Shown here: positions 10,352 to 19,525 of the stretch, piece by piece | Layout of the letters: every line of letters begins with the position of its first letter | Numbering within the stretch: position 1 is the stretch's first letter | Source: an archaeon GW2011_AR15 | Lineage (GTDB): Archaea > Nanobdellota > Nanobdellia > Woesearchaeales > GW2011-AR15 | Length of the DNA: 64,000 bases | Assembly: GCA_000830295.1 (NCBI GenBank) | Contig: CP010425.1 | Span: forward strand, 608,001 to 672,000 | Reading direction: 5' to 3' | The notes under the pieces: generated by a model | What the model was told of the DNA's origin: nothing | Databases searched by the model: none | What the model saw: only the letters and a program-made list of their open reading frames with translations | Made by a program: the position numbers and the translations under genes

Positions 10352-10478
10352 GCGGAGGTAGCGAAGTGGCCAAACGTGGCAGACTCAAGAATTTGAGTGA
10401 TGAGCCGAGAGGCGATGACATACTATTGGGCCATCTGCTCCCTTAGTGGGTTCGCAGGTTCGAATCCTGTCCTCCGCA
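10352..10478 (+). tRNA. tRNA-Leu (CAA) with ~43-nt intron at 37/38 (10390-10432)
   Basis: Acceptor GCGGAGG/CCTCCGC, anticodon stem GCAGA/TCTGC, loop CTCAAG|A, long variable arm CCC-TTAGT-GGG, T arm GCAGG-TTCGAAT-CCTGT. Confidence 0.9.
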
Positions 10479-10530
10479 TTTTTATTCTAAATTTGAAAAG
10501 AATTATAAATTAAAACAGATTAAGATATTT

Positions 10531-10983
10531 ATGGAGTTTGAAGATAAAAGATTTTCCCTCTTTTTTAACGCCATATTGATTCTTTTCGCATCCTTTTGCT
10601 TTGTCATAGGATACTTAGGAGAGTATATGGTAGTTATGTTTATAGTCTCTTTTACCATTATCCTATTTATCGTTAATGATAGAAATCATTTAATAAGGTT
10701 TGATGATAACTCGATTGAGATGAGTATTAGCCGGTGGAATCTAAAAGATAGAAAAAAGTTCAGATGGAATGAGATCAAAAGTATCTCTATTATCATATCG
10801 TTTATCTCTCTTCCAACTTTAATTATTGAAACCAAGGAAGGAAAAACTTATCTGACATACATTGTTAACGACAAAGGATTTGCCACTAAACTCTCAGAGT
10901 TGAAGAATAAGTCAAGAGCATTAAATCATATCAATGTAGCAGTGCCATTTTATTTTAAAACACATTTTAAAAAATCTAATTAA
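10531..10983 (+). CDS. hypothetical membrane protein (2 TM plus PH-like beta domain), AT-rich
   Basis: Two TM then IRFDDNSIE...FRWNEIKSI pattern; visibly lower GC than flanks; immediately downstream of tRNA-Leu. Confidence 0.6.
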   Translation: MEFEDKRFSLFFNAILILFASFCFVIGYLGEYMVVMFIVSFTIILFIVNDRNHLIRFDDNSIEMSISRWNLKDRKKFRWNEIKSISIIISFISLPTLIIETKEGKTYLTYIVNDKGFATKLSELKNKSRALNHINVAVPFYFKTHFKKSN

Positions 10984-11014
10984 GAGTATTATCTAGTTAT
11001 TTAGGTTTCTTGCT

Positions 11015-14000
11015 TTAGCTAGTTTCCCTCGTTATCGTGAAACTGTCCACAACATTGCCATTCAGGGTCTTGAATTCCCCTTTTGCCTTTGTTGTATCCC
11101 CGCCTACGTTAAATGTTATGAACAATGCTCCGTAGTTGAAGTTGCTTACAACATTTGTTGTGCAGGATTTGACCTGCTGGATGCCGTTGGTCATGTGGTA
11201 GTTGTTTGAGAATATGCTTGCCCACCATGTATCTGAGTCATGCAGTGCACAGCTGTAGTTTCCAAGGCTGTTCCCTCCAAGCCCTGAGACGACAGTGAAT
11301 GATTTTCCGTCTCCAAGTGTCAGCTGGCCAGGCTCGCCTGCTGTTACTATAGGCCCGTCATCAGGCAGGCTTGTGATTGTCCTTGTCCTGGCATAATTAC
11401 CATCGTATCCTGTAACTATTATAGCGCCTTCATCAAGGCATTTCTGGTAGTATTTTCTTCCCAGAGTGTCTGCATCGAGCTTGCTTCCTACCCTCAGGTC
11501 ATGGTTGCTCTTGTGGAATACGCAGATGTTCCATGGCTTGTCTGAGGCTGCGAGCTCTTCTGCTATGAATTCCTCGTGCCCGCTTTCTTCAAATGAAGTG
11601 CCTACTCCGGACATCACAAGCAGAATATCCTGGAATCTGCATGTTCCCTTGTTGCCGAATGCCCCTTCGCAGTCCATATCAACAATCCTGCTGTTCCTTG
11701 TATCTAAGATAACCCTGTAGTTTGCCCAGTCTGCAGCATCACTGGCCCCTACTACGCCGGCATATGCAAAGCCAGGGTCAAGGCTTGTGTTTATCATTGT
11801 CTCCCATTGTGCGGGAGTTGAGCCCATGCCGAGGTTTCCGGCATGCACTATCATCACAGCGCCTTCCTGCCTTGTGAAATTAAGCAGAGTCTTTGCATTG
11901 GCTCCTATCCCCTGATTGGCTATGAAGGCAACTTTTATCTCGGCAGGAGGCTCTTCCGGAGTAAATTCGCATTCTGTATCAAGATATTTTTCTCCTGCCT
12001 CGCACAACAATTCTTTGAACGCATTGCTGTATGCAAGCTGGTTTCTTACAGTCTTTATTGTCTCTGTTTCGCCGCCAAGCGCAAGCCATGGCGAGAATAT
12101 AATGCCGTCGAAATTATCCTGTCCGAGTACCCTTTCCCCAACACCAGTAACCCATTCCGCGTCCGGCATATCATGCGTTGCATCCTTGAATACTTTTACA
12201 ACAGGAATTACTTTTACTTCTGAGAACTTGTCCTTTATATCTGCTGCAAGCCCATCCTGGTTGTCAAAGAAATTATCATTTTCTTCATTTGGCAGCCTTT
12301 CATTGTCGATATTGAAAAGTGCTATATCGAAGAACTGCTTATCAGCAGCATTGACAAGCTGTTTTGCGCATGTCAGGTTGCCGAATCCCATTATAACTGG
12401 GGTTTCCTCATTCTTTTTCCTGAATTCATCATACAGCTTTGTAAGGTTGGCTGCATTTGCATCCCAGTTGCAGACGTCGTCTATTATCCAGTAGCCCAAT
12501 ATTGCATCATCTGCTATTGCATTCCCGAAATCAACTTTTGTGAAGTCAATCTTATTGTTTTTCCTGAACTTGGTATCATCTAGTTTAAAGAATAGGCCAA
12601 GGTCCCCTGCTTCATCAAGGGCAGCCTCAATCTGCCCCTTTGTCCTGTTATTAAGCCCGACAGCAAATGCGCCAAACCCTTCAATCAGCTCGAAATCGCT
12701 TGGCAGGGCATTGAATATTCCCACTATTGAACCGCTTTCAACAGGCTCCTCATTTTCAGGCACACATTTTTTGTTTACGCATATATCCCCTTCCTTGCAG
12801 TCGTCATCATCTTCACAGGTATTTTTCATATCCAGCAGATGCTCTATCTGGTTAAGCTTGAAGTACAGCTGGTTGTACCCGTCTATTTCCTGGCTCAGTG
12901 TTCCAAGCACATAGCAGCTTCCGTCATCTCTCTGTGCAAGTTTTGTAAATGTTATTGTACCAGATGATAAGTCTCCGAATGCATCGCACATCTGTGTGTC
13001 CCTTGTGTCAACTGTCCTGTCCAGTGTTGCTGTCTGCGGAAGGTTGACAGACACGCCATCGCATGAGTTCTTTAGTCCGCCGGTGTAGCATGGGATATTG
13101 CCCCCGCCACCGCCTCCTCCACCCCCATTGCTTCCGTTAGTGCCAGGGATAGGAACTGGTGGGTATGGAACACCACCCCCGCCACCCCCAATAGGTGGAA
13201 CAGGAGCGCACACATCAGGAGTAGAAGCACACTGATCAGCACAATACGTGCAGTCGCTTGGTGCATCGCAGGTATCAGGCTTTTCATCGCATAAAGCAAG
13301 AGCTTCTTCCCTGTTTTCATCAATTATAAGGCAGCTGTAAGCAACTGCAGCGGCACTATAACCTAGAGTAGTTTCTCCCTCAGTCTCTTCTTCCTCTGAA
13401 CTGGATGTAGCTAGGCAGGCTTGCTGATCATTAGACCAATATCCTCCGGCTCCAGTGCATTCAACACTGTTTTCGCATAAACTCAGGTGGGCAGCATCAC
13501 ACTCAAAAAATGTTGGTTGGTCGCATGAGGAACATCCACGCTCAAAGGCACCCCAGCTAGGGCAATCTCGCCAGCAGATTAAGCCGTCTACACATACATG
13601 TTGATTATTCTTTGGCCATCCCTCACACCACACTGCACCTTCTCCTGAACAGGTTTCACCATTCTTCATAAAAAACCCATCAGGACAAACACCTTGCTCA
13701 TCTACAACACATTGCCCACTTGACTGGTCACAAGTCTCTCCGTCTTTACTGCAGTCATACCCATACATCTGACCGTTGCTGCAATATGTTGAGGCTGCGC
13801 TACTTGAGCATGAGAAGGCATCATTATTAGTGCATGTTTGTCCTTGCAACAATTCATAATTTCTCCCATCTATTACTGGGTTTCCAGTGATATCAGTAAT
13901 TGTATTTCCAGTAACTGCAGTCACCCCCCCCGTTGGAGGTAAATTATTCAGTGGGTTGTTTTCTCCACAGAACTCATCACACTGGTCGCTCTCCTGCCAT

Positions 14001-16000
14001 TTGCCGTTGATACAAACCTCGCAACTCTCTCCCTCCTGCTTCAATACGCCTTCAAATGTGTATGGACATACTCCTTCACCAAGATCAAAGCATCTTTCAC
14101 TTGACGTCCATTCCAGTGCATATGGACTGTCTTCTTCAGCTCCATCATTTTTCATACACTCCATGCAGCTGCCCCTTATGAAGTCGAGTGCACCTTCATT
14201 ATCACAGTAATATTTTGCCTCTACAACACCAATTCCTTCTAAATCTACAACAGCATTTGCCTGCAGGCATGCCTCTGCATTCCCTTCAGCGTTCACTACT
14301 TCTATTCCGAAAGTTACTTTAGTATCAACAATTTCGATTTCAGAAACAGGAGTGGCCGATTTATCACTGGGGATTATATAACACTCATCTCCTTCAGTAC
14401 ATTTATATGGTGCTATAGTAGCAGTAATCTTGTCGGTCTTTGCTACGACTTTAGCAACACCCTCCGGTATCTCAACAGCCCTTTCAGTTACTGTTGCTAT
14501 GGACTCAGCACTGACACAAGAATTCCCGCCTTTCTTAAATTCTACAGTATATTTGCCTGTCCCCTCAAGCTGCTGATCATCACCAGGAACCCCCCACGAT
14601 GCAGGAAATGGTTCTTCTGGTGTGGTTATAGAGCTGTAATCCTGTGGCTTATATGTTTCATAAAGATAATAATAGGGGTTACAGAGACAGTCATATGTCC
14701 ATCCCTTGAGTACACCATTTTCTATAATTTCTCCGGTTCTGGAACAGCTATTTAATGTCCCGATTGGTTTACAGGCTGCCTCAGCATCATCTGCAATTGC
14801 TGGATCTACAGGTTTGACTTCGGGTGGAGGAAGAGTCTGTCCAGGCTCGGCGTCCAAAGTTACCTCAACAGTAAAATCCTCCTCAGAATAGCCTGCCCTT
14901 ATTAATGCAGGTATATCTTCTATTACAGCAGGTTCTGCATCAAAGCATTGTGGCACTGCTCCAATCCCAATCCCTGTCTCAATTTCCTGAACAGTCGTTG
15001 TATAGGGTCTTGATACTGCAGTTGGAGTCCCATACTTAAAATGATCAACCCATATATCCTGGCAGTTGGCACAGTCCTGCATCACGAGTGTAGGAGTTAT
15101 TATTGTTGCTGATGCTTCTGCATCATCGCAGTAGCTGACAGTAGCCAGCTGTGAGAAATGTGTTGTATAGGCAGTTATCCTGTTCTTTGCCCTGTCAACT
15201 TCTGTCGGAAGGCCGACCCAGACACCAATTTCATTATCAAAATATCCCAATCTCAGGGAATCCTCTGCAATAGTTATTGGAATGTCCCTGTCGTCATAAA
15301 CGAATGTAACTTTTACTGGCTTCGAGAATTCAGCCCCGTGAGGGACTCCTGAGAATGCAAGCATGCCTGCCAGTACGCTGTTGTCAAGCCCGTTGAATCC
15401 CCTGTCAAGCAATTTCAGCCCGACTTCATCAACCTGCTTTCCGTCAACAGTTACTCTTGTTCCTGCAGGGACTTCAAGCACCATTGAGCCGTCAGCAGAA
15501 ACAACTCGTGTCACGCTGCCGAAATTCAGCTCCTCTGTGACTTCCCTTGGGAAAGTGTATGTCTGCTCCTTGAAATTTATTACTGTGCTGTCTTTTGTAA
15601 ATGTAACAGGATAATCAATATCAGCTACAAGCGCATCCCTTGTTATCTCAACGCCCACAAACAAATTGCCTTCAGCAACATCAAATCCCTGCTGCCTGAA
15701 ATTCCTGAAGCCGTTGAAACAGACAGGAAGGCTGTTCTGCAGATAGCTCTTTATCAGGGGAGTTGAATAGACCATGTGCAGCCCGTATCTCTTTTCTCCC
15801 TCGATAACAGAGCTCTGCACACACGCTTTTATGAAAGCATCCAGAGAGGCCTGTGTTGCAGGAAGGTTTGCAAGGTCTTCTGATTCCCCTTCAAGTGCAC
15901 TCTCAACACTGGCGTTCTTGATGATAAAGAAACTGGCGATGATGATTACTATCAATAAACCGATAATTGCAAAAATAGATGCCTGCGACCTCTTCCCCAC
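11015..16000 (-). CDS. giant (1661 aa) class III signal peptide protein: pilin-like N-terminus, ZU5-like domain, Cys-rich region, Gly/Pro linker, glycoside-hydrolase-like barrel, degenerate metallophosphoesterase
   Basis: MGKRSQ-ASIFAIIG hydrophobic N-terminus; LEVPAGT...FSKPVKVTF...W...TTHFS; ILGYWIIDD; VAFIANQG/HAGNL. Confidence 0.8.
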   Translation of the reverse strand: MGKRSQASIFAIIGLLIVIIIASFFIIKNASVESALEGESEDLANLPATQASLDAFIKACVQSSVIEGEKRYGLHMVYSTPLIKSYLQNSLPVCFNGFRNFRQQGFDVAEGNLFVGVEITRDALVADIDYPVTFTKDSTVINFKEQTYTFPREVTEELNFGSVTRVVSADGSMVLEVPAGTRVTVDGKQVDEVGLKLLDRGFNGLDNSVLAGMLAFSGVPHGAEFSKPVKVTFVYDDRDIPITIAEDSLRLGYFDNEIGVWVGLPTEVDRAKNRITAYTTHFSQLATVSYCDDAEASATIITPTLVMQDCANCQDIWVDHFKYGTPTAVSRPYTTTVQEIETGIGIGAVPQCFDAEPAVIEDIPALIRAGYSEEDFTVEVTLDAEPGQTLPPPEVKPVDPAIADDAEAACKPIGTLNSCSRTGEIIENGVLKGWTYDCLCNPYYYLYETYKPQDYSSITTPEEPFPASWGVPGDDQQLEGTGKYTVEFKKGGNSCVSAESIATVTERAVEIPEGVAKVVAKTDKITATIAPYKCTEGDECYIIPSDKSATPVSEIEIVDTKVTFGIEVVNAEGNAEACLQANAVVDLEGIGVVEAKYYCDNEGALDFIRGSCMECMKNDGAEEDSPYALEWTSSERCFDLGEGVCPYTFEGVLKQEGESCEVCINGKWQESDQCDEFCGENNPLNNLPPTGGVTAVTGNTITDITGNPVIDGRNYELLQGQTCTNNDAFSCSSSAASTYCSNGQMYGYDCSKDGETCDQSSGQCVVDEQGVCPDGFFMKNGETCSGEGAVWCEGWPKNNQHVCVDGLICWRDCPSWGAFERGCSSCDQPTFFECDAAHLSLCENSVECTGAGGYWSNDQQACLATSSSEEEETEGETTLGYSAAAVAYSCLIIDENREEALALCDEKPDTCDAPSDCTYCADQCASTPDVCAPVPPIGGGGGGVPYPPVPIPGTNGSNGGGGGGGGGNIPCYTGGLKNSCDGVSVNLPQTATLDRTVDTRDTQMCDAFGDLSSGTITFTKLAQRDDGSCYVLGTLSQEIDGYNQLYFKLNQIEHLLDMKNTCEDDDDCKEGDICVNKKCVPENEEPVESGSIVGIFNALPSDFELIEGFGAFAVGLNNRTKGQIEAALDEAGDLGLFFKLDDTKFRKNNKIDFTKVDFGNAIADDAILGYWIIDDVCNWDANAANLTKLYDEFRKKNEETPVIMGFGNLTCAKQLVNAADKQFFDIALFNIDNERLPNEENDNFFDNQDGLAADIKDKFSEVKVIPVVKVFKDATHDMPDAEWVTGVGERVLGQDNFDGIIFSPWLALGGETETIKTVRNQLAYSNAFKELLCEAGEKYLDTECEFTPEEPPAEIKVAFIANQGIGANAKTLLNFTRQEGAVMIVHAGNLGMGSTPAQWETMINTSLDPGFAYAGVVGASDAADWANYRVILDTRNSRIVDMDCEGAFGNKGTCRFQDILLVMSGVGTSFEESGHEEFIAEELAASDKPWNICVFHKSNHDLRVGSKLDADTLGRKYYQKCLDEGAIIVTGYDGNYARTRTITSLPDDGPIVTAGEPGQLTLGDGKSFTVVSGLGGNSLGNYSCALHDSDTWWASIFSNNYHMTNGIQQVKSCTTNVVSNFNYGALFITFNVGGDTTKAKGEFKTLNGNVVDSFTITRETS

Positions 16001-16096
16001 TTTTTTTCCCTTTATCTAAATTTTTTAATGCAGGGTAGTATATATATTTTATCATCAATCAGAGAGCAAAACTTTATATATGATTATCAGGATTAA

Positions 16097-17434
16097 ATGG
16101 TGATGATTGAAATCACAGCAGTCGGCGGCTATTCTGAAGTAGGAAAAAACATGACAGCTGTGAAATACAAAGATGATGTTGTGATTCTGGACATGGGGCT
16201 TCACATGGAGACTTATATCAACCTTGAGGATGATGACGATGATGATTCTCACAGCCTGAGGGACCTGACGAACACAGGTGCAGTCCCTGATGATTCTGTT
16301 ATTGAAAATCTTAAGAAAAAAGTTGTTGCGATCGTGCCCAGCCACGGTCATCTGGATCACATAGGAGCAATACCCTTCCTGGCGCAGAATTACAACGCCC
16401 CGGTTATATGCACACCATATACAGCAGCAGTGCTCAGGGCAGTAGTAGCGGATAAAAAAATACCCTTCTCAAATGAGATAGTTGCAATGGAATTTGGGAG
16501 GAAGATGAAACTTTCTGATTCAATAACAATCGAATTTGTCAATGTCACGCACAGCATTCCCCATACAGCTATTGTTGTGATACATACCCCTGACGGCAAA
16601 GTAGTTTATGCAAATGACTTTAAGCTTGATGAAACCCCGACATTCGGAGAAAAGACAGACTACAAAAAGCTGAAAGAATTAAGCGGAAGGAATGTCAAGG
16701 TCCTGATACTTGATTCGCTGTATGCAGGTACTGACAGGAAAACTCCTTCTGAAAGCGTTGCAAGAGACATGCTGAAGGAGGTCATGCTGAACACCGACAC
16801 GAAAGGGAAAGCAGTGATAATATCAACTTTTTCATCCCACATAGCAAGACTGAAATCAATAGTCGAGTTTGGAAAAAAGATGAAAAGGAAGATAATATTC
16901 ATGGGCCGCAGCCTGGCCAAGTATGTGGCTGCTGCTGAAAGCATAGGCCTTGCCAAATTCTCGCCCTCTGTTGAGATCTGCGCCTATAAGAAGCAGATGA
17001 AGAAGCCGCTCATGAAAGTTGAGAAAGACGGAAGGGACAAATACCTTATAGTATGCACAGGCCATCAGGGAGAGCCCACGGCAGTGCTTACCAGGCTGGC
17101 AGATGATAAAATTGGGTTCAGCCTGCAGAGGAATGACCATGTGATTTTCTCGTGCACAGTAATTCCCACAGAAACCAACAGGAAAAACAGGGCATCCCTT
17201 GAAAAAAGGCTCTTGAGGTATGGTGTAATCATATTCAGGGATGTCCATGAGTCAGGCCATGCCAGCAGGCAGGACCATAAAGAGCTTATTGAACTGCTCC
17301 AGCCTGAGCACATAATACCGGCGCACGCAGGCCATGACAAGACAAAGCACATGATTTCACTGGCTGAAGAGCTCGGCTACAAAAGAAATAAGACAGTGCA
17401 TGAGATGAAGGACGGAAAGACAATTATGTTATAG
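16097..17434 (+). CDS. rnj: ribonuclease J (archaeal beta-CASP MBL)
   Basis: GGYSEVGKNMT, SHGHLDHIG, THSIP, NDFK, FSSHIAR, TGHQGEP, HESGHA, PAH. Confidence 0.93.
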   Translation: MVMIEITAVGGYSEVGKNMTAVKYKDDVVILDMGLHMETYINLEDDDDDDSHSLRDLTNTGAVPDDSVIENLKKKVVAIVPSHGHLDHIGAIPFLAQNYNAPVICTPYTAAVLRAVVADKKIPFSNEIVAMEFGRKMKLSDSITIEFVNVTHSIPHTAIVVIHTPDGKVVYANDFKLDETPTFGEKTDYKKLKELSGRNVKVLILDSLYAGTDRKTPSESVARDMLKEVMLNTDTKGKAVIISTFSSHIARLKSIVEFGKKMKRKIIFMGRSLAKYVAAAESIGLAKFSPSVEICAYKKQMKKPLMKVEKDGRDKYLIVCTGHQGEPTAVLTRLADDKIGFSLQRNDHVIFSCTVIPTETNRKNRASLEKRLLRYGVIIFRDVHESGHASRQDHKELIELLQPEHIIPAHAGHDKTKHMISLAEELGYKRNKTVHEMKDGKTIML

Positions 17435-18001
17435 TGCAGTTATAATTCCAGCTACCCCTTTCGCAATCATTTCTATTGCAACAGCAGTTACAAACAATCC
17501 CATTATCTTTGAGGCTATGCTGACAATCTTTATGTTGACTTTAGGGACTATCAATGAGAACAGGAAGAAAACTATGCCGACAAGCAGGAATCCTGCGACA
17601 ACATTCGATATAAGTGCAGTAGTCCCCATTTCATAGGATTTTATTGTGAGGAAAGAAATTGTTGCAGGCCCTGTAAGCAAAGGGGTTGCTATAATTGTTG
17701 TAATCCCGTCATTGCCTGTTTCTTCCTCTTCCTCTTCTCCCCGCCTTACCATATCTATTCCGAGAACAAACAGGACAACCCCGCCGGCAACCCTGAAAGA
17801 GTCAAGGGTTATGCCGAACAGGCTGAATAGGAAGGGCCCAATCAGGACCATTATAATGGCTATCACGAAAGCTGCAATTACTGATTTTACTGCAACCATC
17901 TTCACATCCAGCTTTTCCTTGTAAGCCTGAAGCAAAAAAGGGAAGGATGCAATAGGGTTGAGCAGTACAAACAGCTGCGTTATCAGCGTGAAATCGACCA
18001 T
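17429..18001 (-). CDS. marC: MarC family membrane protein
   Basis: LFVLLNPI, FGITLDSFRVAGG, PLLTGPATIS, KIMGL. Confidence 0.9.
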   Translation of the reverse strand: MVDFTLITQLFVLLNPIASFPFLLQAYKEKLDVKMVAVKSVIAAFVIAIIMVLIGPFLFSLFGITLDSFRVAGGVVLFVLGIDMVRRGEEEEEETGNDGITTIIATPLLTGPATISFLTIKSYEMGTTALISNVVAGFLLVGIVFFLFSLIVPKVNIKIVSIASKIMGLFVTAVAIEMIAKGVAGIITAL

Positions 18002-18108
18002 GGTTAAAATTATTCACGGGGTGTTTATAAGTTTATTGATTGCGCTTTCCTTATCGTAACCTTTATAAATTGTTTCCATATCCAGATGTCCAAGGGGGAT
18101 AGTTAAAA

Positions 18109-18852
18109 ATGAAATTAACACTTGCTGATTCAAGACTTCTAAAAGACAGTGTATCAATAATATCAGACCTTGTCACAGAGGCAAGGTTCACATTTGGCAA
18201 AGACTCCATTGACCTTGTTGCCATGGACCCTGCAAATGTCGCAATGGTAATATTCAAGCTTCTCAGCTCAGGGTTCACTGAATATGATTTGAAGAAAGAA
18301 GTCAAGGTTGCACTCAACCTTAACAACCTGAAGCAGGTCCTGAAAAGAGCCAACCCTGTAGATATAATCACACTTGAGCTTGAGGAAAACAAATTCAAGA
18401 TAACAATAAAGTCAGGCACAACAAGGACATTCTATCTTCCGATAATTGAGCTTGACGAAAAAGAGCAGAAGATTCCCTCTCTGAACTTCCCGCTTTCAAT
18501 AAAGACAAGCACAACGCTTCTCAATGAGGCAATTGAGGACGTCTCAATTGTTGCAGAGTCTGTCAAGTTCATTGCAGATGACAAGAAATTCACAGTATCT
18601 GCAGAAGGCGACCTGTCAAAGGCAAAAGTTGAAATCCCTGCAGATGATAATACTGTCATCACAAAGGAGGGCGAGGAAGTCCTCAAGGCAAAATACTCGA
18701 TTGAATACCTGAAGAAGATGATACAGGCCAGCAAGCTCTGCGCTGACGTGTACATAAGATTCAACACAGATTACCCTCTGAGGCTGGAGTACAAGGCAAC
18801 AGACAAGCTGATGCTTTCATTCATACTTGCGCCAAGAGTGGATAATGATTAG
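18109..18852 (+). CDS. pcna: DNA polymerase sliding clamp PCNA
   Basis: AMDPANVAMV, YSIEYLKKM, DYPLRLEY, FILAPRV. Confidence 0.96.
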   Translation: MKLTLADSRLLKDSVSIISDLVTEARFTFGKDSIDLVAMDPANVAMVIFKLLSSGFTEYDLKKEVKVALNLNNLKQVLKRANPVDIITLELEENKFKITIKSGTTRTFYLPIIELDEKEQKIPSLNFPLSIKTSTTLLNEAIEDVSIVAESVKFIADDKKFTVSAEGDLSKAKVEIPADDNTVITKEGEEVLKAKYSIEYLKKMIQASKLCADVYIRFNTDYPLRLEYKATDKLMLSFILAPRVDND

Positions 18853-18872
18853 CAAGGCAGACGGGAGTTATT

Positions 18873-19421
18873 CTATAATTTCATTCCAACTAAAGTAAAT
18901 TGTCCTGCTGCAGCAAATTCCATCATTACCTGGAAAAGTCTTGCCCCAAGATAAGGATTTCCGTTTGGATCCAAACAGACGACTTTAACCTTTCTCCCTT
19001 CGACACCATCATTAGGCTGCGCAGCCAGCAAACCAATATTTCCGGGCCGGGTAGTTCTGACAAGCCTTATCTCAACTATGCCATAGAGAAAATCCTCTTT
19101 ATGCCTTGTCTGGAAACTTTCAATAAAACATTTATATGACGCGATGTGATTTGGATTTCCTGTTCCAAGTACAGGGTCATTTTTTAATGCGAGGAAAAAT
19201 CGTACATGGTCTTTCGTCTTCAGAAGTTCCTGTTGCTCCCTTTGCAATTCAGTTTTCCATTCACTTTCAGTTTTACCTCTTAAAAAGACATTTTTATAGA
19301 ACTTAAATGCTCCGGACTCCGAGCCTATTATCTTCATGGGGAGCTTCATCCAGCTTGGAGGGGACCCTTCAGGCTTTCCGATGTTTGCTATCCTAAGGTT
19401 TGTCCAGATTCTTTCAGGCAT
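18873..19421 (-). CDS. hypothetical protein
   Basis: 182-aa ORF with AGGAG upstream; no recognised motif. Confidence 0.55.
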   Translation of the reverse strand: MPERIWTNLRIANIGKPEGSPPSWMKLPMKIIGSESGAFKFYKNVFLRGKTESEWKTELQREQQELLKTKDHVRFFLALKNDPVLGTGNPNHIASYKCFIESFQTRHKEDFLYGIVEIRLVRTTRPGNIGLLAAQPNDGVEGRKVKVVCLDPNGNPYLGARLFQVMMEFAAAGQFTLVGMKL

Positions 19422-19525
19422 ATAATCTCCTACTTATTTATTCAATGTATATATATCTTTTGTTTTAAATCTTGCTCCATAAATATCGCAAAAATTTTAT
19501 AAATAACGTATACAATTAACTGGCG

